From the NCBI GenBank assembly GCA_900088475.1, contig FLMG01003917.1:91669-155668 (forward strand): 64,000 nucleotides of DNA. The letters are read 5' to 3'. Source of the stretch: Hyphochytrium catenoides. Its lineage: Eukaryota; Protista; Hyphochytriomycota. The position numbers and the translations under genes were made by a program. The number at the start of each line of letters is the position of its first letter. Positions within the stretch are counted from its first letter, which is position 1. The notes under the pieces are model-generated. The model was given only the letters and a program-made list of their open reading frames with translations. It was not told where the DNA came from and did not search any database. Shown here piece by piece: positions 49,887-62,300 of this stretch.

Positions 49887-51978
49887 TTATAGCGGGAAAT
49901 AAGTTCCTCTAGACGCGTAGACGATGCCCTGGCCTTGCAACTGTCGCAATATGATATTGCCAAACGTAGTCATCAGAACAGAGTGAGAGAATAGTCAGCA
50001 CCAAGTTGACGCATCTGCACGTGCCTCCCATGTCCTTTATATAAAAAGGGACGCGGTGCGAGAGTGATTTTTTATCCGTTCTGCCCCCTGTCATCCTTGT
50101 TGTCTAGCTGCGTTGCAATGAGCTCTCCTTACCTCTGCTAGGGCTTGAAGAATTCTCTGAGGTGTCGCTGTCCCAATAAACGTCCTTAGCTGCGCTACCG
50201 ATAGCCCCGAATCTGCGTGCTGGCGGATCAGCGCCTCGACCTGTCCGCTGATGTTCCCTTCAGAGGGGGAAGAACCCAAATTTTGCGCTGCTGGCATATT
50301 CTCTTTGCTTAGAATGTGAAATTGTATGCAGACGAACTTGCGATCCAAGGTCTGGAGCTCTGGCAAATGATAAGCGTAGACTGCCAGAAAAGAAGTTATC
50401 GAGATAAGTCCTTTAATCAACCAGACGTGACGGGAGCCAGGGATGCACCTTGCAGCTCCTCTTTGAAGTTTGGATACGCTTTCCTCCAGTCTGATCCACT
50501 CATCAAAGCCTTGAATGAAGGAAACACCACGATTGACGTCGCTCTTGCAAGGACTGGCTCTTGCTCTCCAAAATAAATCTCGTCGCCGACGCGAAGCTCG
50601 TCTAATGGTGACAGCAGCGGTCTGACAGCCACAACGGAGGTAGAGGAATAGCAATCGTCAGAGACCTTGGCTACAAACCTGTATCTCAGGCAGAGCTGTC
50701 CGCACCTGTACTCGGCAGTCTTCTGTCCCAACCTCATTTGTGTGATGTCAGAGAGAGAAGCACTCAGCCTCCATAGCTTTCTCCCATCTGGGAGTTGGTC
50801 TAGTGTCGCAGTTCGTTGATATTCTCGTGCACATTGTCGTTTCAAGTTTCGCTGCATTAGCCCGGCCACCAGACCCTGATCCCTCTGAAAAAAGCGATGA
50901 GGGGACAGCAGACGACGCTTCTCCTTTGGAACAGGCAGTTCGCCCGCAAAGTAGTGCTTTTCCGCTCTTCCAGTTCAAGGGGAGGATGAGAGAGGAGGTG
51001 AAAAGAGATTAGCTACCAACTGATGAACTAGCTTGAGAGAGTAGTTCCCTTAACTGGCTAAGAAATATTAAGCGCGTGGCAGGAAGGGAGAGCTCCTGAT
51101 AGCAGAAACTATCAGTTGAGAAGTTAGTGGGCTGATAGCACAGGACTCACAGGGAACACTGCTCTAGCATCCTCATAGTCTCAAAGTTGGGATCTGTCTT
51201 GGCATGAAAGCTGCGCCCAAACATATAAAGCCATTAGGCAATCTGCTGACAAGGAAAAAGAGTAAAACACGAAGCTCAACGTACGAGGTGGCGGTGAGAT
51301 ATCTCCTATGGCCCGCATCTTCCAACTCCAACGAGAGGTAGCCAGCTACATCCACCTAAAGGACACCGAGGGATGGCCATCGTCAGCACGCAGATACAAG
51401 GATCTTACAGCGGGCGTGAATAATAGATAGGCCACCAGAGGTAATGTCTAAACCAAGAACGTGGATAGGCCCTAATGGCTCCTGACCAGCTTTCCGGGCT
51501 TTAGTTCGTCCAACTCTGACGAATGATAGGGCAACTTCGTCGCATCCACAGAAAGCGTGCCTGTCCCGTCATCTGATGGAGAGACCTCAGCCATGGACCC
51601 AGGATATAGGTTAGGAGAAGCAGATGGCCGGCGAAGAAAGCCCTTCAAGGCAGCGGAGTTGTTCCAGCAGACACAGAAGAGAGACTTACCGAGGCTGAAG
51701 CTCTTTATGCGGTTATTGTCCTGCTGTCTTTGTACTTCTATTACATCTCCCAACACTCTGCCTCCCAAGTGCCCAATGAGCCTCAGCAGCTCTCATTGCG
51801 ACGATGTAGCTAACGGAAAGTACCTGAGACACCGAAGCTTCCTGCTGGGACGACCAAACTCAAAGAAAGGGCTCTCCTGGGCCACTCTCCCCTTGACAGA
51901 GACTTCCTGACCTCTCTTGAGGAGCAGGATGTCCGCTATACAAAGCTTGTAGTGTACTTCCAGGAGGTCTACCGACAT
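49887..51978 (-). CDS. STN1: CST complex subunit STN1 (OB fold plus C-terminal winged helix); RPA2 is the less likely alternative
   Basis: N-terminal LLEVHYKLCIADIL, VLGDVIEV, (L)DDGTG, YVDVAGYL and DPNFETMRMLE. The WH-type end is ILQALAE|LQGQGIVYASRGTYFPL* (TAA at 49887-49889). Confidence 0.72.
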
Positions 51979-52366
51979 GTCCTGGAGATAATAGACCAGG
52001 CTTCAAGAGGACAACAATAGCTCAGAAGCGTCAAAGCTCCAACACCTAGGCAAGACAGAGGAGTGCTTCAATCGAAACCCGTGCCCGTCAGGAGACTGTA
52101 AACTGGGCATCGCGCCGCTCCAATGTCCGCATTGCACTTTTTTCAGAACGCAAGCAACACTGGCTTGACGGGCTTCGTCAGCTGGAATGCGAAGCAGAAA
52201 AGCTTCATCTTCATTTCCAGACTCTTTGGCGGGAACAATAAAATCAAATTTTTATGGTTTACAGCAACTTCTTTATATGACAATAAAGGATCAGGAATAA
52301 TAAAAGACAATATGACGCTTTTATCGCCCCTTATTCGTAATATCAACAGGTATTTTCAACAGTTTA

Positions 52367-55300
52367 TTAGAAGCTTTTTGCGAGCTCTCGTACAAACCCT
52401 TTAACATTCATCTTGCCCGTCTCATCAGCAGCATCCTCTGAGAGATCTCCCAGATTATCTGCATACTCAGCCAAGACCTGGCGAAGATCATCGGAACTCG
52501 ATCGGATCTCCCGCAGCTTCTTCCCTACTCTTTCCTTTATATCGCTGTTCGCAACGCTTGCTTGAGCGATGATGAGAGCTAGTTTCTGCAGCTGAAAGAG
52601 GCCAGCCTCAAGGCGGTCCAGATAATCCTGTTCCTTGTCGTCGTCGTCGTCCTCCTCCTCTTCTTCACTCTTGGCTTTCCGCTTTCTAATCTGCTCATTG
52701 CGAAGTACTTGTTCCTTATACTTCTCATACAGCTCCATAAGACGATCAACCTTCTCCAAGTCTTTTTCTATCAGTTTCCCTGGAAAAAAAAGTGAATCAA
52801 TACCAGTTGATCATCACGAGAACTTCTTCATATAGAGGCAAAGCATATCTCCACCGTCTGCCCCGCCGATCCCGGAATCCCAGAGCCTCGTGCCCCAGGC
52901 TCTATCTGTGTCTATATTTCTACCTCAACGTTTTGCTTCGACGGCCGGCCATCTCTTCCCCCTCTGCCTTCAATTGACCCGTTTCTACTAGGGCAAGACG
53001 TTCTTACCTAATAACCGGAGCTTGTAGTCTCCCGTCTCGTTGGTGTACATAAATAGCGTTGATAGAATAGAGATTAAATGCTCTTCCAGAGCTCTGACAT
53101 TGTCTTTTCCACTCTTTCTCGCAGCTGGTGGCCACGATCTACCAAGGAAAGCTGGGAATAGCAGCTTAAGCCCACCCACCTAGAGAGAAAAAGGTAGACA
53201 TGAGTAACCGAGACATAGAGGCAGAGGCAATATCACCGTTAACATGCGACGGCCATGGAGCGGCCCAAGAGGAAGCGAGAAAACAGAGAGAGACGGCTGA
53301 GTGAAGAATGTTCAATGTGAAGATAGAGACTGAAGTGAGATGAAACTGAGAGCAGGTGTGCTCACTTGCCAGAATAGAGGAACAATAGACAAGTAACAGC
53401 ACAGCACAGCTGAAGGAGGGAGCATGGCGCTTCAGGAGCAGGCACATGCGGTTAGAGTGACAATGGTCACGGAAGACGGATAATCAGAAGATAATATGTA
53501 GCGGAAGGTTCAGCGGCTACTCCCAGGAATCGAGAGGAGCATAAGGATTTCACGCCGCTGTGAGAAACCCAAAGTATATACGGAACCAGGAAGAGAGACG
53601 GAGCCTCACTTCGACAAAAGTGTCGCAGTTGTCTGGAGTTTCCATCAGGGCATAGTCCAGCACTTTAATGCTGCTCTTCCAGGCAAACCGCTTCTCTTTT
53701 AGGAATCGGACCAAGAGCTCAAATCCTTCTGCCTGCCTGAAGATGATCCGATTTGCTAGAGAAAGAAAGGAGTTAAGGCGAGCCATCTAGGCGTGAGAAA
53801 AATGTACAATGACGAAGCCGTAAAGGCCAACACCCAGAGGTAGAAGCAAGTGATAAGCTAGAAGGCAGATGAGACAGATACGAATCGGTGGATGAAAAGT
53901 AGATAAGGACTGCTTGAGGATGATGAAAAGAGCGCACACATGACCAGCTGTGAGGGTCTAGTCACAGAAAGCAAGCGACTCTTTTGCCTTACGTGGATAC
54001 ATCAAGGCACTACAAAGGCTATCAAAGAGGTTCTCAACGCATTCTTCCTCGTCTAGGGTCTCTGGGTCCTTCCTCCTGTATTGATGGACCGCCTTGAGTA
54101 GCGCCTCCAGCCCATCAGCTCCCTCCAGTTCTCCAATTCGGCGCTGATTTGCCACATCTGCCTGCAGAAGGACACAAAGAATCTCGCTAGCGTAGAGCTT
54201 ATTGGCATCGTACTTTTTGGCCTGCATGGCAGAGCAAGAATTCAGGGTCAGTGGAGATCAAGTCAGTCGTGAAAGGGGTCATGTCCTCAGGGTGGAACGA
54301 GGAGAGAGACAAGCCTCAACAGGAATGGGGGATTGTCAACGTCAGTAGATGGCAAACCTGGATCCGCTGCAGGAGAAATTTTAGAATCTGTGTTCTCTCA
54401 CAGAGAGTTAGGCAGAAGGAAGGCCGAATATCTGCCAGGTTTTCAATAATCTGAAGCGTGAAGTACACGCCTTGGGCGTCCTCTTCCTCCTGCTCGTCCA
54501 GTCTGGAGAGATTCTGTACGAGCAGTTCTAACCCTGAGATAAGGAACAGTAAGTCATTAAGGTAACGTAGTAGCATAAGTTATTGAATTTCCTCTCCTAA
54601 GACCGCCGCCTCAGCGTTGGTCTAGTGCCTCTGCCTGAATCGGCCTACCTTGATGGTTAACTATGGCATCAAGAATAAAGTTCGCTTCCCTTTCTGGCAA
54701 TGCTTCGGCATCCGTCAACTCTGCAAGAAGTTTGATGACCTAGTGCCAGAGAAGGATGTAGACAACAGCAGCAGAGCATTGGCGAGACCGTGAATCGAGA
54801 GCATTATTGCGGGTCAGCAAGGAAGGGAAAACGAAGGGCCTCGTTGAGGAACGGCGACAATAGTCGGGTGCGATCTCAGAGGTTCATAGGCCTACGCAGG
54901 TCAGGCCAAGGAAGAGCAGCGTACGTGATGGGGCTCGGTAGTAGAAGTTTGGGAGATGTCGAGGAGAGATTTTCGGTACACTTTCCTCGCCTACCTCTAT
55001 CGAAACATCAGTGTTCTCGTGAGAGATAAGACTTAAGATGGACTGCAGCCCATTGAGGTTTGCCAGGTCTTCGTAGAGGTGAGGAGAGGCAGCAATGCTC
55101 TTGAGCTTCGAAATCTCCTCACAGAGATCCAGCTCCGACTCCATAAACTTAGCTTCAGACAGGTAAGAGAGCAGACGAGTTGTCGAGGAATGAAAACGTT
55201 ATAGTAGCAGAGTAGAGCAGACGACGCAGTAAGTCAGATGCGAAAGACCGGGTAGAGAGACAAGGCGTAAGCCACGACAATTCTGCCAACTAGTCCCTCC

Positions 55301-55954
55301 CTCCATCCTCCAATAAGGGGTCCAAAAGACATGGAGGGTCAAGGAGTAAGAGGTTTTTATCTGTTCGTGATTCGTGAGAGTCAAAAGAGAACAAGCAATA
55401 AGGCAAAACCGCAAGGGACGACTGGTGGGGCCACATTTGATTGCAAAGTGCTCACTCTCACCGGGTTGATCCGCATATTTAACTCGCAGCTGCTGATTCT
55501 TGTTGATTCTGCGCTCAAATCTGAGAAGAAGATGCTTCAAAGTGGTAGAGTCAAGCTCAATGATCTGCAGATCAGGACCAATAGTAGGTCAGCTTGCCTT
55601 TCCTCTGTTTCCTCGTCGAAGAAGAAGGCAGAAGGCCGAAGGGAGAGATAGCGCAGAAGTAGCATACTTGCCTCCTGACTATCCGCACTGTCAAGTATTT
55701 TCTGCAGCTCTTGCTGGCTTAGACCACTAGCCCGCTGGCCATCGCCGTTCCCTTGCTCTACATACCTGACTTCAGTTGCTATCTCACTAAGCAATTAAGG
55801 CAAGGTGCATACCTTCCTCCCTGAAGGTGTTGTGCTGCTCTGTCCGTGCCTTCTTAGGCAGTGGAGGGCCCATGGCGCCTGGGATATCGCGACCCGGCCC
55901 GACAGCGGGACCATGGCCGATAGGCCCAAGCATTGAAGAAAAGTGTTCGTCCAT
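52367..55954 (-). CDS. CTNNBL1: Beta-catenin-like protein 1 (spliceosome Prp19 complex), multi-exon
   Basis: INKNQQLRVKYADQP, MESELDL, LISHENTDVSI, NKLYASEILCVLLQ, ECVENLFDSLCSALM and YLDRLEAGLFQLQ. Confidence 0.93.
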
Positions 55955-56547
55955 AGCTAGCCAGCAGTCCTACTTTCCAGATGAACCCACGCTGAGAGGG
56001 CGAATAGTGGTGATCCTTTGCTGGGTCAGAATCTGGTCAGAACCTGCAAACCATCGTCTTACTGCCAATAGAACACCTTCTGTGCGTCGCGCTCCAATGG
56101 TATAGGATATGCTTGGAAGGTCGATATTGCTCTGCCGCTGAACAGAGACATGCGTCCGCGCTTCTCTTAACTAGGTTTGTCGGTCCCTCCACGGGAGAGA
56201 CCTGCCAAGGCGTTGCTTGTTCTGTTTGTCACGATGCCTCTCTCCTCCGCAGCGCGCGATGAGAGAGAGAGAAGGAGGATGAAGATTTGGATGTCCAGCA
56301 TCTCTGTTAGAGGACAGACCCTAAAGTTACCGTCTATCTAGTTATCAGCAGGACAATGTACACGATAACTACAGTACCATGAAGAGCTGTATGGCGTACG
56401 ATGGGTGGGCTGTACTACTAGTACTACTACTACGCACCTGATGGGCGGCTTCTTACCTCAGAAGCGTGAAGCAGTGCTTCAAACTTCTTCCTAAAGCAAG
56501 AAGTTTCGGCATTATTAACCAGAGATTCGACTGGCACACCTCCGGGA

Positions 56548-56591
56548 ATGTCTGGGAGATGTCTGGGAGACGTCTGGGAGATGTCTGAGAG
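56548..56591 (+). repeat. 11-bp tandem repeat (AYGTCTGGGAG) x4
   Basis: ATGTCTGGGAG, ATGTCTGGGAG, ACGTCTGGGAG, ATGTCTGAGAG. Confidence 0.9.
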
Positions 56592-56855
56592 TGCCTCTGT
56601 TAAGTCTTGGAGAGCAGTGGCCAGATGAAGATATACTGCTGCCCTTGACGCCTTCTAAATGGACATTAAACGGCAAACAACAACGGCTGGGAGGTCGCAG
56701 GTCTACGTTTTGATTTAACCTCGCAGAAGCTGCTTTCAACCTACGTTCCACCACACGCCTCTCGGTCGAGCTCTATAGCAGAGGATTGAAGAGTCAATCA
56801 CTCCCAACGACACATTAGCCTTGAAAGCCTAAAGGCGAAAAAAAACTGCTTGCAG

Positions 56856-58839
56856 ATGCAGATGAGGGCCACTCCCGCTAGGGAGGTATTGCAGCAAATA
56901 TTGAGGACGATCCCGCATCGACAACCTAAGCAGATCGAGAGCCAAAAGGTATGTTCCAATTTCTCGTCTATCCAAGAGAAGTTCCCTTAATGCATTTTTC
57001 CTACAGAGGGCAAGCGTTGCCATCTTGCTGCGTCTGCGGCAGCTGGAGAGAGAGCAGGACGAGAAGAATGGTCTCAACAAGGCGCACGAGCGACTTGAAG
57101 TTCTCTTCATTCGTCGTGCTCATAATCCTCGGGACACGTGGAGCAGCCACATAGCCTTCCCCGGTGGTAGACAGGGCAAAGGAGAATCGGACCTTGAGAC
57201 AGTGCTCAGGGAAGTTAGGGAGGAAGTTGGCATTAATCTCTCAAGATCTAGGTAAGAGGAAGGCTGGGTGGGGTCTGTAAGGCGCGGACCGGTGCTATGG
57301 GAAGCAAAGCTGGCGCTCTGGAGATTTATGGATTGCTTGCCTCCTCTCAATCTCTCTGCGTTTCTCTCTTCGTTGTGTCTCTAGTCCACACCCAATGTTG
57401 CCTTCTCTTTTTAGAGCCATGGTCTCTTACTTCGCACTCTCTCTGCTCTTGGTCGCCCTTGCTTTTTGAAGATCTTCTCCTCTGCTAAGCCTTTCCACTC
57501 TCTCTCTCTTAGCGACTTCCAGCTGGTTGGCAGGCTGGATGACCGTAAGGCTAAAGGAACACTAGTAGTCTGCCCCTTTGGTATGCATAGTAACCTCACC
57601 TCGAGGCCCTAGCCAGTCCTTGGAGAGGGTTGGGTCATTGTGGACTCCTAAAATACTCTTGTCAGTCCTGGTTGCCCACCGAGTCTACTCCCTACCTTCT
57701 TCACTTCCATTCCGTCAAGCCATCTCTCCTCCACATGACAGTCGCGTCGCTTTACATTGTGCCGCCGACTCACTTCTTCTCCGTTCATCAAAGTGTTTCT
57801 GCAGACAAGCAAGAAGGAGCTCCTGTTGAAAAAACAGAGTGCCGAGGTATCAGACATCCTTTGGGTGGACGTTGTTCAGTATCTATTGCCAGAAAGTGCC
57901 AGGATAAGGAGGTGCTGCCCGCTGTTGCTTCCAGATGGTTGAGCCAACTCGCTTCTAACTGCACCATGGATCTACTTCATCTCTGCTTACTATCCACCTC
58001 TATTTATAGGTTGCGGCTCCACCTCGTAGACTTTATGCCCAAGCGCCAGTGGCTTCTTCAGTTAGGGGGTATTCTAGGCTTTGATGTGATAGAGTTTCCA
58101 TGTCTTTACCTGCCGAGGAAGACGTTCGAGCCCCCGCCAGGAAGACTTAAAGAGGGAGGTGTTCTGTCGTTGGACGCGGAAAGAGAGGAACAAGTCTTGA
58201 AGCAGAACGAAGATGGCCTGGAAGGTGAATCGGTGGAAGATTCCTTGGAAGATCTTGAGAGAAAGCTAGAGGACTTTGTTCTCTGGGGCCTAACCTATGG
58301 TAAGATCAAGCTTTTTTGCTAAACGAAGGAGACTGTAGCTCTTATTAGCAGCCTGTAGAGCCAGTGGTGGGGAAGGACGTGTGGCAAATGACCTTATTTT
58401 ATTGGCGTCATTCGCCTTTTTACTATCTGGCTTGTCTCTCAAGTGTCGTCGGTCCCTAGGGATGATCTCGGACTTCTTCGAAGCTGCCGGGATGGGCCGA
58501 CTCCGTCCTCGGCTATTCGCAACCTTCCGGAACCCGCTTTTTAACGGTGAGAGCAGGGGGCCTCCCCTCTATCGCGTTGGATGCTGCTGCTTGATATCTT
58601 CCTGACTGTTTGATCACATGAGCCGGATGTTTCCCGTCTGTCTTCCGGATACGTGACATCTCTAATCGTCCACCTGGAGAGTCGTTCGATGCCAGTGTCC
58701 TCTGTTCTCTCCTCGCTAATTAAGTCTTGGTCCAGGTGTCATTATGGCGCTACAATGGCCGAAACAGTCTTTAGCTCTTGGTGTGGCCGCCTTTGGGGTC
58801 CTGATGGGCTCTTTTGTGCTTGGCTCTGGAGCAAAGTGA
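56856..58839 (+). CDS. Nudix hydrolase, CoA-pyrophosphatase-like (NUDT7/8 clade relative), with C-terminal hydrophobic tail
   Basis: RASVAILL, VLFIRRA...WSSHIAFPGG, Nudix box GRQGKGESDLETVLREVREEVG and LWGLTYGM. The last exon ends SLALGVAAFGVLMGSFVLGSGAK*. Confidence 0.85.
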
Positions 58840-59398
58840 CGTTGTGAAGCAAAAAGTGCCCTAGCTTCTTCAGAGGTCCACATCCTTGTGCCCTCTTCTT
58901 AAGGCTCCACTCTGCTACAGGAGCTCAATCGAAGTCTTGGGCTGCTTTGCAGAGAGGCAGCTCTGACAGGAAGAGTTAGATGACGGCCGACCTAGAAGAG
59001 GACCATCTTAGGATATCGACTCAACCAAACGAGAAGATGAGGATGTCTCCACTAGTGTCTTTTCAGCAAGTTGAGCTCCGACAGCCTCAGGGCTAAGTAG
59101 CAGTGGAACTAAGTGGAGGCTGACACATTGCATCCCGAACTCCTCAACTGGTGCACAAGGAAAACCCCCGCCCAGGGGAGGGCGAAGAGAAGAAGATCAA
59201 CAAAAACAAGAGGCAATAGAGCTACCATGCAATGGAGTATAAACTGCGGTCTGAGATACAGATTAGTAGAACGTGAGCGCTTATCGCTGTATAAATAAAT
59301 ACATCTTTGGCACAGGAGGTGGAACAAGCAGGAAGCCAAAGACAGGGCAGAAGGGGAGTCTTTGCCTATGGTGCTACTCTGCTCCTTCGGTCTGACTT

Positions 59399-62300
59399 CT
59401 AGCTTTCGCCTTTTCCTTCCTTCGCTTCCGCTGAAGTGCCTTTAAGGCTTTGACCATCTTGGAGGAAGTTGTTTGCCACAAAGAAGCGAATGAACTGCAG
59501 CATATAGCTTCTTTCCTTTTTTATGTCCTTCTCAAGCAGCTGCGGGCGAAGCAGGAGAGGAAGAGACAACGGGGTGCATTCAGTGAGATGAAGGAGATAC
59601 CTCCGGGACAAAAAGCTAACCTTAGCCAATAGACCACTCTTTTGCTTCTTAACGGACGAAGGGAGCTTAGAACCCGCTTGTTTGCCCTTCTGCTTCGCCT
59701 CTTCGCGGTGCTTTTTTCTCTCCTACGACCGTAACCCAGAGCGGAATGAGATCGCCACTATAAAGGCTAGAGGGAAAAAGCGAGAGAGAGTACTTACCTC
59801 TTTGTCATGGGCAAAAGTGCAGCGGTTGCCCTTGGAGCAGTGTCCCTTTAGGAAGTACGTACAATTCTTGACCTACGAACCGTCAGCCAGGACAGAGCAG
59901 TAGGGAAGACGAGGCAAATGATAAGTTAAGAGAAAGATCAGCTTTGATGTCAATTGTTGACGGCCTACTGATGTCTTAAAAGGCGACAGCCCTGTTCTCT
60001 CCTCTTTCCCCGCGAGATGTACTTATAGACTCATCAATGAATCTAGTGGCTGAAAGGTCCAAATTGGCTTACCGTGACATCGTGACTGAAGGTACAGGAG
60101 TCTCCTCTGTTACACCGACCCCGCGTCATCATAAACTTGCATGGACGCTTCTTCCTGACCGGGCTAGAGCATCCCTGAAGGATAGAGATGAGGTTATACT
60201 CTCCTGTACAAGGCTAACAAACGGAGGACTGTGAAGCTCAAGAGACACGTTATGGCCAAGAATGGTCTTGAACTGAAGCGGAACAACTGAACATAGAGAG
60301 ACAACAGGAGGTATTTGCGCAGGGAGGAAGAAACGGCTAGAGTGCATGGTTACCTCTTCAGTGTCTGTCCTTTCAGAAGGAATGGAGGTCACCGCAGCTT
60401 CCACCCCTGAGATCTGACCTTCCTCCTTCTCTTCACCGTCTTCGTCACTAGAGGCATACTCGGCTGCTAACAGGCCCAGGGGGTCACCCTTTTCCTCCGC
60501 CTTACTATTCACCTGGAGGAAGTGGAGAAGTGTCAAGCGTAGTGGCTATAGCTTATCAAGGGTCGCTCTGCCTATGCTTTTATGTATGGGTCTGTACCAT
60601 CCCCTAATCCTTTTCAACCCTTCCCCCTTTTTTAGTGTCTAGGTGTGTCCGCTCTCTCTCTTGGTCCCATTCCTTGCTTCGACTCTATTCCTACTATCAG
60701 ACCCCCTGATACCTCTTCTGCCTCTTTCTGCCGCTTGCTGGGTGGGGAAGGAGCAGTTGGCCTGCTGGCGGTAATGGGCCGCTTCCTCCCACGGCTGGTT
60801 TCTGAGATAGCTCCAGCTTCCGACCTCGCTTGCTCTTCAACCAGCTAAGGGAAGAAGTTACCAGACAGACATGAGAGAGGAGACAAGTGATCCACTATCT
60901 TGAAATCTGCTCTTCTCCTTACGCCATCCACAATTCAGGTACTATCGAGAATATTCACTCTTCATCAGGTTCGTTCTGCCATCTACATTTCTCTCTGAAC
61001 CTCTGCCTCTCCTTCCTCTATTCTCTTAGTGGGTACCCCTTGTCCTTCCCGTTTCTTATTTCCCTATCGTCCCTGCTAGAAGAGTGGAAGTCGGTACCTT
61101 TCGCTGTAAGTTAGCAGTCGTGGGCCATCGCTTCCTCCTTTCCTCTCTCCATTTACTAATATCTTCCGGGCAGTTGCCCACTAGGACTGTCAGTAAGTCG
61201 TCGGTTATTGTTCATAGAAGGGGACGATGGAAAGGTAAACATTAGACGACAGGATTGAGAGCAAAATATGTGTCAGGGAGAGAGACGAGCTCAGGAGGTA
61301 CAGTAGTAAGAGAAAGGGCAGTTAAAGTTGTCTTGAAAGAGAGACCCTTGCGCTAGTTCTCTCGGCCCCAGTCTCGTCTCTCTTTGTCCCGGAGCTAACC
61401 TCTAAATTTCTGGCCTTCGACCTCTATGGTCTTCATTCCCGTGCCGGAGTATTGGCCGTGAGTGCTGTGCCAATGAGCCGAGACCACCTTCTTGCTAGCT
61501 CTGAAGTCGCAGCCTTCATGCTTTCAGAAGACAAATATTTTGAGAGGGACGAAGGGAGATTTGCTGTCAGTGCTTGCGGTATATTCAGGCTGACCACTTC
61601 CCCTGTTGTCACGTCTCTCTCCCTCTCTCTTTTCATTCGTACGACTCCCTGTCTCTTTCGGACCAGTTTGTTCTTTCAACCTCTCTGGGCAAGTGTGTCA
61701 ACATCAGCATGCCGTCCGACTCACTCTGCAATTCTCGTGAGTGTCAATGTGGGCTTTATACTGAGACTCAATGGGAAACACCTTCCCACAAGGCTCACAA
61801 GAGAATTGGCTCGGACTGGGCAGGAATAAGCAACGTTAGTGCAGGCACACTCGAAGAGTACCGAGAGAGAGAGAGAGGAGCTAAGAGGTTAAAGGACCGG
61901 AGACAGCATTGGTGAGAGAAAAGGCTCGAGGCGATGAAGAACCAGGAGATCAAGAATTGGTCCTGCCCTCGCGTCCAGCTCACAACGTGTGACCCTTGAG
62001 AGTAGAGAAGAACGATACGGAGTGTAACAAGGAGTGGCGAGAGGAGCCACTAGAGCAGGGCCTCATATCAAATTACGCAACGAAGCACCCTGTCGGCAAC
62101 TTACCTCTTAACCTTATCGCCCCCGGAAGTCGGGCTCGCGTTCGCACTGGAGCCCTCAAAAGAAGGCTGTGCGCGGAGAAGAGAAAAGAAAACCAACACA
62201 GAGTAAGAAGCCTTAAACGAACGTACTGATCAGGACAAAGCTTTTAGGAAAGAGGTAGAGGTAGAGAGCCGCGGTCAACCGCTACAAGCTCAGGTGCAAG

